The notes under the pieces are model-generated. The model had not been told where the DNA came from. It made no database searches and worked only from the letters and a program-made list of their open reading frames with translations. Below are positions 41,200 through 54,562 of a stretch of DNA of 64,000 nucleotides, piece by piece. The DNA is from the human T2T-CHM13v2.0 reference genome, Homo sapiens. The translations under genes and the position numbers were made by a program. Each line of letters begins with the position of its first letter. Within the stretch, counting starts at the first letter, position 1. Location of the stretch: assembly GCF_009914755.1 (NCBI RefSeq), contig NC_060935.1; one strand, written 5' to 3'.

Positions 41200-41420
41200 T
41201 TAAATAGAATGAGATTTTGAGTCAGAAATAATTGGATTCAAATTCCACCTTTATTAGGCTATATGACCATGGGCAAGTTACTGCAGCTTCCTAAACCATA
41301 CTCCTGTAGCCTGTAAACTAGGGCTACTGACAGCAGGGTGGTTGTAAAGACTTACTTCAATGAAGTTATGTATCCAACATGCTTTCATGCTTTGAACTGG
41401 GCACAGGACAAGCTATAAAT
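41200..41420 (+). mobile_element. MIR
   Basis: gagtcaga...ggattcaaattcca...atgaccatgggcaagttact. Confidence 0.7.
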
Positions 41421-43499
41421 GGAAACAGTGATGACCTATTAATACTCATATCAATTCTTATCAAGTTTGCTACCTTCTTTGTGAGGAACTCTCAAGGGGA
41501 AAATAGACTTCAGGCATACTCCTTTATACAGGAGTGAATCCTGAGCCCCCTCATCTGATCTCCCTTTGTCAGCAAGCATCAATATTCTGTGATTGCTTTG
41601 GAGAATAACAGTAACAACATGGCCAACTGCTCCAGCAATGACTCAGGCGTTGTTGTGAAATAAAGCTGGTGCATGCAATGGGAGGCAGTGAAGCTCTCAG
41701 GTCTGAGTCACCACAATGCTACAGCCTTCAGGCCCCAATGTTTCCACGTGCCTTCACATCTTCACACCCATATGTCTATACTTGGCCCAAGGACATCTGG
41801 AAGCTTCTAGCCTCATTGACCCACCACAATTCCCCCACCACCTGCTACATACTCTCCCACCTATTGATAATCTAGTCATCCCATGCCAGGGCAAGATCAA
41901 AAGCCACCTCTTCAGCAAAACCTGCCCAGGTGACCCTATTCAGCACAATGACTCTCTTCACTGAGCCTCCCCTACCCTCCTTCATCTACAAGACATTATA
42001 AGCTCATCAATGTTGCCCTTATGACATTCTGCAGCAGTGTTTATGCACACGTGACATTTTGATGTGGACATTTTGACTTGCCTAAGGATATATTTTGACT
42101 TGGTCTCAACAGGACAATTGTAGATGCTAAATTTGTTGAGAGGGCAAGATTGTTACATTATTCATTCTATATTCTCCCAAAGTGTAACATACACAGTACA
42201 TGCTCAATACACAATGAAGATGAAAACATAAAATATGTCCTACTTTTCAGTGTAGGCCTAACAATGTGCTACTTTATAGGACATGCAAAAATTGAGAACG
42301 TTGATAATCACTTTATTCATCTCTTATGTATTTTAAAATTCAGTATTTGATGTGAAAGCTTGGCCTCTAGTTAAACTCAGTATCATTAAAGTTTAGTTGA
42401 ATACTATAAAAAGAAAAGTGATAAGAGTATTTTGATACAACTATTTTTATCATTTTCTCCATTAAAGATCAGCTGATACATCTATGTGTTTCTAAAACAG
42501 TAATTTGTAGAGATTTTGGCAGTCAGGCAGTCCTGGCTTCTTTTGAATTTGAGTAGCTTATTACTCCTCAGAGCTTGCTGTCAACACAAATTAAAGTAAC
42601 TAAACTGAGCTCATGAACTTCCTCCAACACCAGTTTCTAGTCTCAATGACCCTGCCTTTGTCAATAATATCATATCTATCTAGTGGCTACAAACAAAATT
42701 TTGAGTCAAGCACTATGAAGAGAAAACGCCAGATATAAACTGGTAATTTTTACCCATAAGCATTTAACAATTGCCGTTGAAATTTTATGCAAAGTGTTTT
42801 TTTTCTCACCAATTTTTTTCTGTCCATCCTCCTAGATACAGACGTTCTCCTTGCCCCCAAACCATCTCCTTGTACTTGGATAACAGCAGAGGTCTCTTGT
42901 CAGCCTCCTTGACTTTAAGCTCACTTGATCTGATCTATTTTAAGTGCAGCTTCAAAGCATTTTCTTCCTTAAATAGCACTTTCATAATGTTGCTCCCGTA
43001 CTTAAAAACCTTTTATGGTTTGTGAGTTCTTACAACTTCACAGCTAAACTCTTCTCCCTGATGCTGTGTAGGTACTTTTTCACTTGCTTCTACACTTAGA
43101 TGAATTTCTAACACATTTCACCAATACACAATGAAGGTGATTCACTTAGCTCCCACCAACCGTCTGCGCCAAACACTATGTAACATGCTGCATGAATGAG
43201 ACGAAGCCCCTGATTTGATGATGTCATGATAAACGAGGGAAGACAGCACAGTTAGACTGTCAAAGTACAACCGTGATGCTGGAGTGAGAATATGCCATGC
43301 GGGTATAAAATAGGAGGCCAGTAAAGTGGGTTACACAGGTTGGAAGGACCTTACGTTAACATGGCGGAATTGTCCATAACCTGTGAGAACAGAGCTGTCC
43401 ATGTTGCACATTTTACCTAGTCCTTCACTCATAGTTTACTTTTGTTCAATCTACCCATCCAACAATAGTTAAGTCGTCACTACTTGGTGACTCAAGAGA

Positions 43500-43930
43500 A
43501 GTCTTGATTTGAGTTCCCCTAGAAACACATCTTGAGACAAGGATTCCAGTAAAAGTAGTTCATTAGCGCTGTGATCCCAAGGAAACTCCAGCAGGAGGAG
43601 GAAAGAAAGGCACTTGGTAAGTAGTTATTATCAAATAAATTACCACTGTGGATGACCACAGCTTAATCTCACAGGGACAATCCTAGAAAGATAGTATAGA
43701 ACATACACCTCAGAGCTTTCCCATGTGAGGAGCAAGGAATTTAGGTATTTAAACACCAAGGTCTGTCACTTGTTGGTTGAGGCTTGCTCCCGGGACGGTT
43801 AATTCTTCAGCCCTTCCAGTCTGCACTGCATTCAGGCAGAACAGCCTCCCTGGTTAGAAGTCCTCAGGTGAAGAGACGCAGATGCAGGTAGTTGGTACTC
43901 TTTCTTTGGAGCCTGATTTGGAGGAGGATA
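43500..43930 (-). mobile_element. LTR33-like ERVL LTR
   Basis: gtcttgatttgagttcccctagaaacacatcttgagacaaggatt...ttaccactgtgg...cacctcagag. Confidence 0.65.
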
Positions 43931-44128
43931 TGAGCTGGCACAAATAGAAGCTAACAATGGTGCTGCCTCTGCCTCTTACTCTGTATGTGCCTTTGAGATG
44001 TAAATTTTATGAATCTCAGTTTCTTCTTTTTTTAAAGGAGAGAGATAGATATTATTGGTGAATTTTCAACTTTTTAAAAAAGATAGCACAGCCATTGATC
44101 CCCAAAGAAAATCTTGAATAGAACCCTA

Positions 44129-44419
44129 GGCCAGGTGTGGTAGTTCATGCCTGCAATCCCCGTGCTTTGGGAGGCCAATGTGGGAGTATTGCTTGAGGCC
44201 AGGAATCCAAGACCTCCCTGGGTAACATACCAAGACCTTGTCTCTACAAAATAAAATAAAATTTAGGCAGGAGTGGTGGCATGTGCCTGTAGTCCTAGCT
44301 ATCAGGGAGACTCAAGTGGAAGGATCACTTGAGCCTAGCAGTTCAAGGCTGCAGTGAACTATGATCACACCACTGTACTCCAGCCTGGGTGATAGAGCAA
44401 GACCCTGTCTCTAAAAAAA
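44129..44419 (+). mobile_element. AluJ (Jo/Jr-like)
   Basis: Dimer with J diagnostics (ggatcacttgagcc, aggctgcagtga, gaccctgtctc). Confidence 0.94.
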
Positions 44420-44989
44420 TAACCTGGATATATAAAATAAGCAAAAGTAGAGTTGTTTGAGTTGATGCAGTAGCAGGGAGTCTTAGCTGAGAAATATCTT
44501 CTTGGATATTTGTAGTTTTCAGAAAGCAACAAGTAAAATACCCTGAATTACAGGACAGTATCTAAGATCACCCCCTTGTGTCATTGCATCCCCTGCCCAC
44601 CAACATGCTATGGTGCTTAGTACTTAATTTCATTCTATACCAGAGAAAGAAAGGCAACACTATGCATTCACTGAACACAAACCAGGCACACTGACCAATA
44701 ATGTATGTACAATCCCTCTAGTGATGGCTCAAGCATGTCTGTATGGGGGAACAGTGACAATCAAGTCAGTATAGTTTAGGGTGCTAGGTTTCCTGAAGCT
44801 AGATAAACTAATAATTTTATTTATATTGTACAGCCTATTTACAGTGGCTCTGGGGATGGCGAGAGAGATTATGGGGTGATTAAAATTTTCCAATGTTAAC
44901 TTTTTGAAACCACCATTTCTTCCATTAAATTTTTATAGATATGTAAAATAGATGTTATTACTGTGATTGCTATCATTACTATAATCATT

Positions 44990-45125
44990 ATTGTTATACA
45001 GATAAGAAAACAAGACTCGGGGAGGGGAAGAGTCTTACCCAAAGTTCATAGCAAGTTAATGGCAGAGCTAAGATTCAAGCCCAATTCTTCCTAGCTCTGG
45101 AGCCTACCATGCCACGCTACTTAAC
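44990..45125 (-). mobile_element. MIR fragment
   Basis: acagataagaaaacaagactc...ggcagagctaagattcaagccca. Confidence 0.7.
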
Positions 45126-46014
45126 TATTGCATGTGTATGTTTTACAATACAATTTGTTTCCACAACCAAAGTCCTAGAAATATCTGGCTCACTGATTGT
45201 TGACACAGGGGTGATTATGAGAGATTATAAGATATGATTATAAGAGATGATTGACCACATATTAGTAACTTAATATCTATTGAGTTACTGAATCTTACAT
45301 TTTGAGTTTTTTGCCTGAAGAACCAAGTATGAAAAATCATGATTATTATTTATTTCAGTACAGGAAATCACATATAAATGCTGCAATTGAGAATTAGCTA
45401 AAAAGGTGAAGGATTTTCATTTCTTTCATTCTTTAATTCAACACTTTTGGTATGTGCTTTAAGTGATTGAGCCACACCTATACAGCCTATTAAAGACAAA
45501 ATAGTAACTAAGATAGGGTTCTGTTTTAAATGATGTGTAAGGAGGGAATATGTGGCAAATACATATACTACTATACATCAATTAATATCACCTTACATAT
45601 GTATATATAATCATTTTATAACAAAATGAGGAAATCACTTCTTGTTGAGATTCAGAAAAAGATCATGGAGAAGGCACTCTTCGTGCTTATTCTTAAGGAA
45701 TGATTTGGATTTGGGAAATTTGAAACAGAGCATTCTAAAATAAGTGAATGGTGATGCAAGAACACCAAACAAAAAAATTAGTGACATGTACATGTTAGAT
45801 ACAAAGGAAATGAGCATGTCTGGATTGTATGCTTCTGCAGGCAATGGAAAGACATATCGAGAGGACACTGCAGGTCAAGCTTAAGCATCTTGGTTTTTAT
45901 TCCATTAGCAGTGGGGGGCAATAAAGATTAATATTTAAGGAAGCTGCATGATTGGAGCTGTGTTTGAGATGTATATTGTGAGTAAAAATAACAATCCAAA
46001 TAAGAATCGACAAA

Positions 46015-46250
46015 ACCTATTATGGGCTTAATATGTGACAGGCATTGTGATGAAATTTTTACTTGCATTTGCTCATTTAGACTTCATTTCATCCTGAAAA
46101 GTTTGTGTTATCATTATCTCTCTTTTAGAGATGAGAACACCAAAGCTAAGAGAAGGTAAATAATATCCTAATGACTTAAGGGTTAGTAAGTACAACAGCT
46201 GGGATTTAAACTGAAGACATTCTGTACCATGATCACAGATTTCTTATATG
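46015..46250 (-). mobile_element. MIR
   Basis: atgtgacaggcattgtg...ttttagagatgagaacaccaaagct...ctgggatttaaac. Confidence 0.75.
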
Positions 46251-46686
46251 AACTACAGACGGAAGAGCTGTTAGGTATGGAAAGTACTTGGAATATTATT
46301 ACAAAATTGCAGCAAGAACTAGTTTTGCACTAGTAAAGAGATTTGAGTTTTATTCAACTGCATCACCTCCGACCCCAACCATTCCTTCAAACGACAGCAT
46401 CTAATCTCTGATCAAACCACTTTCAGATACAGGGACTTCAAAACCTTATGCTTCTCCCATTTTACCATCTTAGCAGTCAAAATTTAGAAGTAGAGCTGCC
46501 CCCAAATAAACTGGCTGCTTCCAGAGATGGGAACACACTAATTCCCAAGTTTACATTTAGTTCTACCACTTCCCAAGGGCAAGTTCACCAGCCTAATTCT
46601 TCATTTCTCCTGTCTCTTCATCTAGGAAGGCATAGTTTCTTCCTAGAAGATAATTAATGACAATCTAAAGGAAGTATATGAAATAT

Positions 46687-46977
46687 GGCCAAGTGCGGTG
46701 CCTCATGCCTGTAACTCCCAACACTTTGGGAGGTAAGGGCAAGAGGATCACTTGAACCCAGGAATTTGAGACCAGACTGGGTAACATGGCAAAACCCTAC
46801 CTCTACAAAATATACAAAAAATTAGCCAGGTGTGCTGGCACACATCTATGGTCCCAGCCATTCGGGAGGATCACCTGAGCCCGAGGAGGTTGAGGCTGCA
46901 GTGGGCCATCATCACACCACTGCACTCCAGTCTGAATGACAGACTGAGACCCTGTCTCAAAAAAAAGAAAAAAAAAA
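46687..46977 (+). mobile_element. AluJ (Jb-like) with a small right-arm deletion
   Basis: Dimer; ggttgaggctgcagtg; A tail. Confidence 0.94.
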
Positions 46978-46980
46978 TGT

Positions 46981-47037
<57 letters not shown>
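46978..47037. repeat. (TG)n microsatellite abutting the Alu tail
   Basis: Direct inspection. Confidence 0.95.
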
Positions 47038-47039
<2 letters not shown>

Positions 47040-47164
47040 AGCGAAATGAGAAATGTTGCAAGCAATCAAAAATCTTAAGCATTTCTTTGATGCTTCTAAT
47101 CACTAATTCTATTTTTCCTCACTGAGGACATCCAGATAGAAAGACATTCACATGTATAAAGTCC

Positions 47165-47648
47165 CTTCTAGACAAATAATGGCCCTCAAATATCTCCATG
47201 CCTTAATCTCTGTAAACTGTAAATATGTTAGATTACACAGCAAAAGGCAATTTAGATTAAAGATGGGATTAAGGTTGCTGATCAGCAGGCCTTAAAAAAT
47301 AGGAAGATTAACCTAGATTATCTAGGTGGGCCCAATAAAACCTTAAAATTGTATAATTGCAGAAGAATGTCCTGTCAGGGAGATGCTACATAAAAAGGAC
47401 TTCGTCCATGATTGCTCGTGTTAAAGGGGGAGCACAAGCCAAGAAATGTGGGCACCACTAGAAGCTGGAAAAAGAGAATGGATTCTCCCCTAGAGCATCT
47501 GGAAAGGAACGCAGCCATGCCAACACCTGGATTTTCACCTAGTAAGACACATGTTGCACTTTTGAACTCTATAACTTAATATATTCATATTGTTTTAAGC
47601 CACTAAGATTGTGATGATTTGATATAGCAGCTGTAGAAAACAAATACA
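47165..47648 (+). mobile_element. MLT1D-like MaLR LTR
   Basis: aataatggccc...ggattaaggttgct...gaagctggaaaa...gattctcccctagagc...ttttaagccactaag...aataca. Confidence 0.85.
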
Positions 47649-47938
47649 CATATCCTGGTTTCTGCCAGATAAATTGCTTTACTTTCTTCATCCATAGTTA
47701 ACTTGACCCAGTTTTGAGTGGCTTCCCCAGACAAGATGTTGAAGAGCCAAGGAGAGGAGATCTGAACCTCGAAGAGACTGCCCTGATCAGAACACTGTAC
47801 CTACTCTGGCATTGTTTGTATATACTCAGAACAGCACGGACCTCTCACCTCCTTTGCTGCAGGCTTTTCTATGGCAATCTATTTTCACCTCAGCATTTAA
47901 AAACAACAAAGTTACAGGGCACTATAGAGATGCACTGA

Positions 47939-48276
<338 letters not shown>

Positions 48277-49228
48277 CACATAAATTACTTTTAAGGCCCT
48301 TCTTCATTTTGGTAGTAACATTTTTGGAATCTCTTATATGGAGAAGATAATGTGTTTGTGACATTAATGGAATAATGAGAAATATGACAGTATCTACTCC
48401 ATGACTAGGCATTTAAACTGAGCTTTGGCTACTTATTACCAACAGGCAATGTTTTGCCCAAGTTCTCTCCCACCTTGCCAGCTCAACAACCTCCCAAGCA
48501 AATGCTTGATTCCAATCCTCCCTGATAACATGTCCCAGAAACTCTTTGTCTCATAAGACATAAAAGCCTGCTTCTCTGGTTTGCTCTGCTCTACTCAGTG
48601 ACCAGGTTCCAACACTGCCTTATCTTTGAATTTTATGGTTCTAGGAGAGGGTTGTTTCCTTCTCCAGTCTCGGCTCACAGGACACATACCAGCCAGTTCT
48701 GTAGCCCTCCTCTCTTCTCCACTTTCCTGTATATAGAGAAGATTCAAAAAGGTGGCATTATCCAGCCAGCACTTTTCCTTGAAGAAAAAGTCAGAGCCAG
48801 ATATATAAACATCTAGGAGACAACCTCAACTAATGGTTAAGGGTGTGGACTTCACAGGTAAAAGATCAAAGATTTAAAAAAAAAAAAAAAGCAGCACTAT
48901 ATAATAACCGTGGTTGCATTTAACTTACTTCACCCTCTAACCTTCCTCTATAAAACAGAAACAATGTCATAGGTTTGTGGTAGGAACTATAAAAAGACAG
49001 CTCATCCAAAACCCTTAATACAGTGTTTGGATCAGTGTTGGTGTTCAAAATGTGTTAGCCATTTGATAATGAGGCTGCTTATGATGAAGTTGATGATTCT
49101 GGGGAGTCATATACATAGTATATTAAAGACATGAGTGCAAACAAAATCGCCAAGGAACAATTATGGAAAGAAAAGTGGAATGGGGGAAAAAAAGAAACCA
49201 GAACATTTGGGAACACTTATATTCAGGG

Positions 49229-49830
<602 letters not shown>

Positions 49831-51011
49831 GTTTAGCACACCATTGTCTGCTATATGGCAACTAGGAAACAACCTAAATAATCTAAGTAAGTAGATCTGC
49901 AAACAGAGCATTGAAGTTGCTGCCTGCCTTCTTCTAGCTGCCTATATAGTAAAGTGCAAGAGAAGAGAGATAACCTAAAGAAAGAATTGTTAAATATAAA
50001 GGAGCCAGGACTTGCTAGATAAAGAAAACATTTTCATTCTGAGCCTCTCTGGAGGCAAAATAACCCTAAAATTAAGAAATGAATTTAGGACAGAGAAAAA
50101 GTCTAGCATACAATCAAGAAAACATGATCTAAAGATAAAACCAAGAATATGACTGTAAAAACTTTTGTCAAGAAAAATTTAAGGTGTTACCTCAAACTGA
50201 CAAAAGATTTACTAAGAATAGTAAGGCATGTCTCATAGATCCTTTCTATTACACATTGGGCTTCTAAGAATCTGAAGCACATTGTCCCACAATAGTCACA
50301 CAGGAAGTCCAAAGTAGCACAAGAACTACACTGAAGAGATCTTTGGTTGTGGCTTTTATATAATAGAGTAGATTATAAAATTGATACACTTTTTTAAAAA
50401 AACACAGTTTTTAAAGGTATGAGATCAGCTTAGATTGAAAGGGACAGACACAGTATCAAATTAAAGATGACTTTGGACTCTTGAACTTCTGCAAGCAGAA
50501 AGCAGGCAGACAAAACTATTAAGCTGCACACACAGACTACGTTTTTAGAAAAGGTAAAGCCAAGGGCTATGAAAAAGTCATTCCCAGACAGTACAACTGA
50601 GCTTTAATCAAGAAATTGGCAACATACACCCAGGTACTTTTTCAGAATTACCATGAACCAATGACTGCTGTGCCTCAATTTTCCCTTTTTAAATTGGGAA
50701 TGTCTACTGTGATTATTTTACCTGTCCCACCATCATATACTGGGTGTGAGAGAGAGGCAGACAGCATGTCACTTTAGTGTAAAAGTCTTAGAACAAGAAG
50801 AGATTCCTCAAGGAGTTGTACAGAAGGAACCACACTACAGAGCCTTATCCACACTGAACCTTACTTACATGCCAAGATCCTCGTCTTTGAGCGTGAGCCC
50901 AATGTCAAAATGGAATGAGACTTTCTTTGGCAAGTGAGGAGGATGGGGTGTGTTTTAGGGGACCAGGACACAGAGTGAATTTATTTCGCATGAAGAAACC
51001 AGAGGGCAGAT
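49831..51011 (+). mobile_element. MLT1 internal sequence
   Basis: MaLR-int motifs (cttctagctgcctatatagtaaagtgcaagagaagagagat); purine tract CCAGAGGGCAGA before 3' LTR. Confidence 0.7.
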
Positions 51012-51568
51012 TGTGGTAAGTTTTATGTTCCCAAGGTGGCCACAGAAATATTTCTTGTTCCACATGCTTTTGAAGAATCTTGCCTCATCCCCAGCAAGTG
51101 TGGAGTCTATTTCTCTTCCCCTTGAACCTGAGCAGGACTTTGTGATTGTCTTGATGAATAAAATGTTTCAGAAGTGATAATTCATGACTTCTGAGGTTAG
51201 GTAATAAAAGGTTGGTTCTCTCTCCACCCTCTTGCCCTTTTGAAGTCCTGAGCCACCATGCAAAAAGCATGGCTGCCTTAAAGCTGGTGTACTAAAAAAC
51301 TGTGAGAAGAGACACCATACAGTCAGAGAAAGATGCTCCAGTTTCTGCATCTCCTCCCTCTTTCCCAGGAGCCAGACATGAGTGAATAAGCCTTCAGATG
51401 ATTCTAGCCCAGCATTCCTGATTGCTGCTTAAGAGAACCTAAGTAAGAACCACCAGGATGAGCCAATCAACCTCCAGAACGATGAGGGATAAAAATAAAA
51501 TGATTGTCATTGTTTTAAGCCAAGAAGTTTGGAGGTGGTTTGTTATGCAGCGATGGATAACCAGAACG
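51012..51568 (+). mobile_element. MLT1H-type 3' LTR
   Basis: tgtggt start; gagccagacatgagtgaataagccttcagatgattc; gttttaagcca...tttgttatgcagc..gataaccagaac end. Confidence 0.82.
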
Positions 51569-53399
51569 CAAATTTTTCAAACACTGGAGGAAGTGGTGCA
51601 GTCACATAATGAGGCAGAACTAAGATGGGAGAGCTTTGTGGCAGCCAAAGGAAGAAATTCAAGAAAAATAAAGTATTCATCATTATAAAAGGCTTCAGAG
51701 AGGAAAAAAGAGAATGAGAACTAGAGAAAGGTCACCGAAAATTAAATGCATTTTCCATTTCTTGTCTGGAATGTAAAACTGATTTGTCTTCTAAACATAA
51801 AAACAGTATCAAATATAGAAAAGCACCAGCATATGTTCCCTCTACCAGGCTCCTTCTTGTCCCACTCTTCAAATTCTTTTTCTCCAACCTCATCCAAAAA
51901 CCTGAATAAAAAGGAAAGCAGCTCTCATTATTTATCAACTATGAGCAAGGCAAGCAAAATGTAGGTGATTTACATACATTATTCCCTTTAGTAATAACAA
52001 TCAGTCCATTAAGCAAGCATTATCTTCATGTTACTAATGATTCATATAAGGTTTGGGAAAATTGAATCATTTGAAAACAGACATACAGCTAGTAAAAGTT
52101 GGACCCATTTTTTTAACCTTGTCTTGTATGATTTCAACAGGCAGAATGAAGACAACAGTAGTCAGCTCTTTATGATCAGATCTAGTCCAATGGAGACTAA
52201 ACTGGATTCTGATGTCTTAAGTCCTGGTCCTCTCTGAACTCTTCCCTCCTCCATATGGCATCCTCCAGATGGTTGGGAGCTTGAGAGAGTGATCTGTGGC
52301 AATCAGTTTTTCTCTCTTCCCAACAATGCAGGTTCATGTATTACTTCTCCATAATCCCCTGGACTCCAAGAGAACTGCCTTCTGTAGGCACAAATTAAAC
52401 CTTCTCTATAACAGCATGAGGAAGCTAAGCTTAAAATTCTAAAAATGAGCTGCAGAAAAAGTATATTTAATACAGGAATAAGGTTCCAGATTGTGTCCTG
52501 TTTACAAAGGCACATATTGTGCTAATAGTAAAACCAAGTGAGTTCTACTTTTATAATGGTAGCCTAAAATGAATACCACCCACCCACACCCCCAGTCTAC
52601 CCACACTCATGCTCCATCAGAGCAATTAAATCTTAAATTCACCTTGCTCTGAACTACACAGACAAATGGAATTTTGTGCACATATTTGTGTGGTTTGTTT
52701 ACCATCTTCTCCAAACTGCTTTACCAATTGCAATGAAAGAACTAGCTCACCCACATATGCATTCTGGGCTTTTAAGTTTTAACTCACAAGATAAATGTAC
52801 TTTCATAGTGATCTTGGAATAACCACTGAAATGAAACAGGTGTGGTTCATTGCCAGAAGCCACTGCTTCAAACTATACTTGAGTATTCTACGTTCCATAA
52901 GACGCTAATAGTTATTCAGTAATAATAGAGTTTTGTGGACAAATAATTTGATGAAACACTGAAGCTCATTTTACTTTCTTGGAAATACACTGCACATTAG
53001 CATTTTAAAGATATAGGAAATTATCCAAGGTACAAGTCTGTTTGTACTTAAACCAGGATTCCTGAAATTTGTCCATCAACTCTTACCTTCATACAATACT
53101 TATTATGTTTCTTGTAAAATATAACTCTTCAAGCAATATATTAGAGCAAACACCACTCTGATTCCTTTCAATCAAATAGCTTTGGATCAATTGGTAGAAC
53201 AATGAAGGAATGAGCTTTTATCCTTTTCAACCTGCGTAAATATCTAATGCTGATTATTGGAGAATATGAGGAAATATAGAAGCAAATCAAATGCTATTAA
53301 TATGCAGAGGAGTTTGAGAAGAAAACACAAAATTGAATAGATATTCAGTTACTGAACAGAAGTTCATTGTAGTTATTTCAGGGAAACAGTTTGAAATGG

Positions 53400-53640
53400 T
53401 AAAAAAGATTATGGGCTTCAGAGTCAAAATGGTCTGACTAAAATTCTATTTCTACCACTTATTAGCAGAATAAGTGCTTTTTAAACTGGTTAAAAGAAGG
53501 TTATTTAATCTCCCTAAGCCTTATTGTCTTCCTTCTTGTACAAAATATGGATAAAAATAGCTACTTTGTAAATGCGGTCATGAGAAATAAGCTATAGTAT
53601 ATAAAATGCCTTCCACATTATAGGCATGAAATGACTAATA
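53400..53640 (+). mobile_element. MIR
   Basis: tgggcttcagagtca...tctaccacttattagc...ttatttaatctccctaagcct. Confidence 0.7.
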
Positions 53641-54180
53641 TTCCCTTTCCTTTCTGGTTAAGTTACTTTAATTCCTCGTTTACGTAATTTTATGTTGTTA
53701 CAGATAAAATGATGGTCCCATTTGAACTTAAAAAGAACATACAATTTGAAGCTACTGGCATTCAAATTCCAGTTTACACAACTACATAAACCCCTTAAGA
53801 ACCATAGGGAAAAGGAAAGATAGGCCTCTCTAGGCTATTCTGGTTCATGTTTTGATCATTTCAAACAATCTTAAAGGACATGTCTTAAAGGAAGAACTAT
53901 TCAACTTTCCTACCAACTCTTCTTGTGCATCTTAAACTTTTCCTTCGCAATGAAGAACCTCAAAAGTGTTCTGCCATTTAAAAAATCCTAGAAAGAGAAC
54001 TATGTGTCTACATCTATGTTTTCTTACTAAGAGATATGAAAACTTACTAAAATCAAATCAAGTTCTTATCTATGTCATCTTCCTTCTTTGTGGCTCCCAC
54101 AGCACCCAGCGTAGTCCTCAGCTACTACTATAACTTTAGTGAATAATTATTGTTTTGAGCCATTCGATACTGTAGAGAGG

Positions 54181-54562
54181 TGCTATGGACTGAATTGTGT
54201 CTTCCCAAAATTTATATGGTGAAGCCCTAACCCCAATATGATGGTTTTGGAGATGAGGCCTTTGGAAAATCATTAAGCTTCCCCCAATGATGGCATCAGT
54301 GCCTTTATAGGAATAGACACAAGGGAGCTTGTTCACTCCCTCTCCCTCTCTCCATCCCCAGCCTCCATGTGAGAAAACAGCAAGAAGGTAGCTGTCTACA
54401 ACCCAGGAAGAGAGCCTTCAGCAGAAATCGACCATGCTGACACCTTGATCTTGGACTTCTAGCTTCCAGAACTGTGAGAAAATAAATTTCTGTTGTTTAT
54501 GCCACCCACTCTATGATATTTGTTATATTTGTTTTGTTAGACAGACTGAACTGCCTAAGACA
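54181..54562 (+). mobile_element. MLT1A-like MaLR solo LTR
   Basis: TGCTATGGACTGAAT...CTAAGACA; perfect 5-bp TSD AGAGG. Confidence 0.92.
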
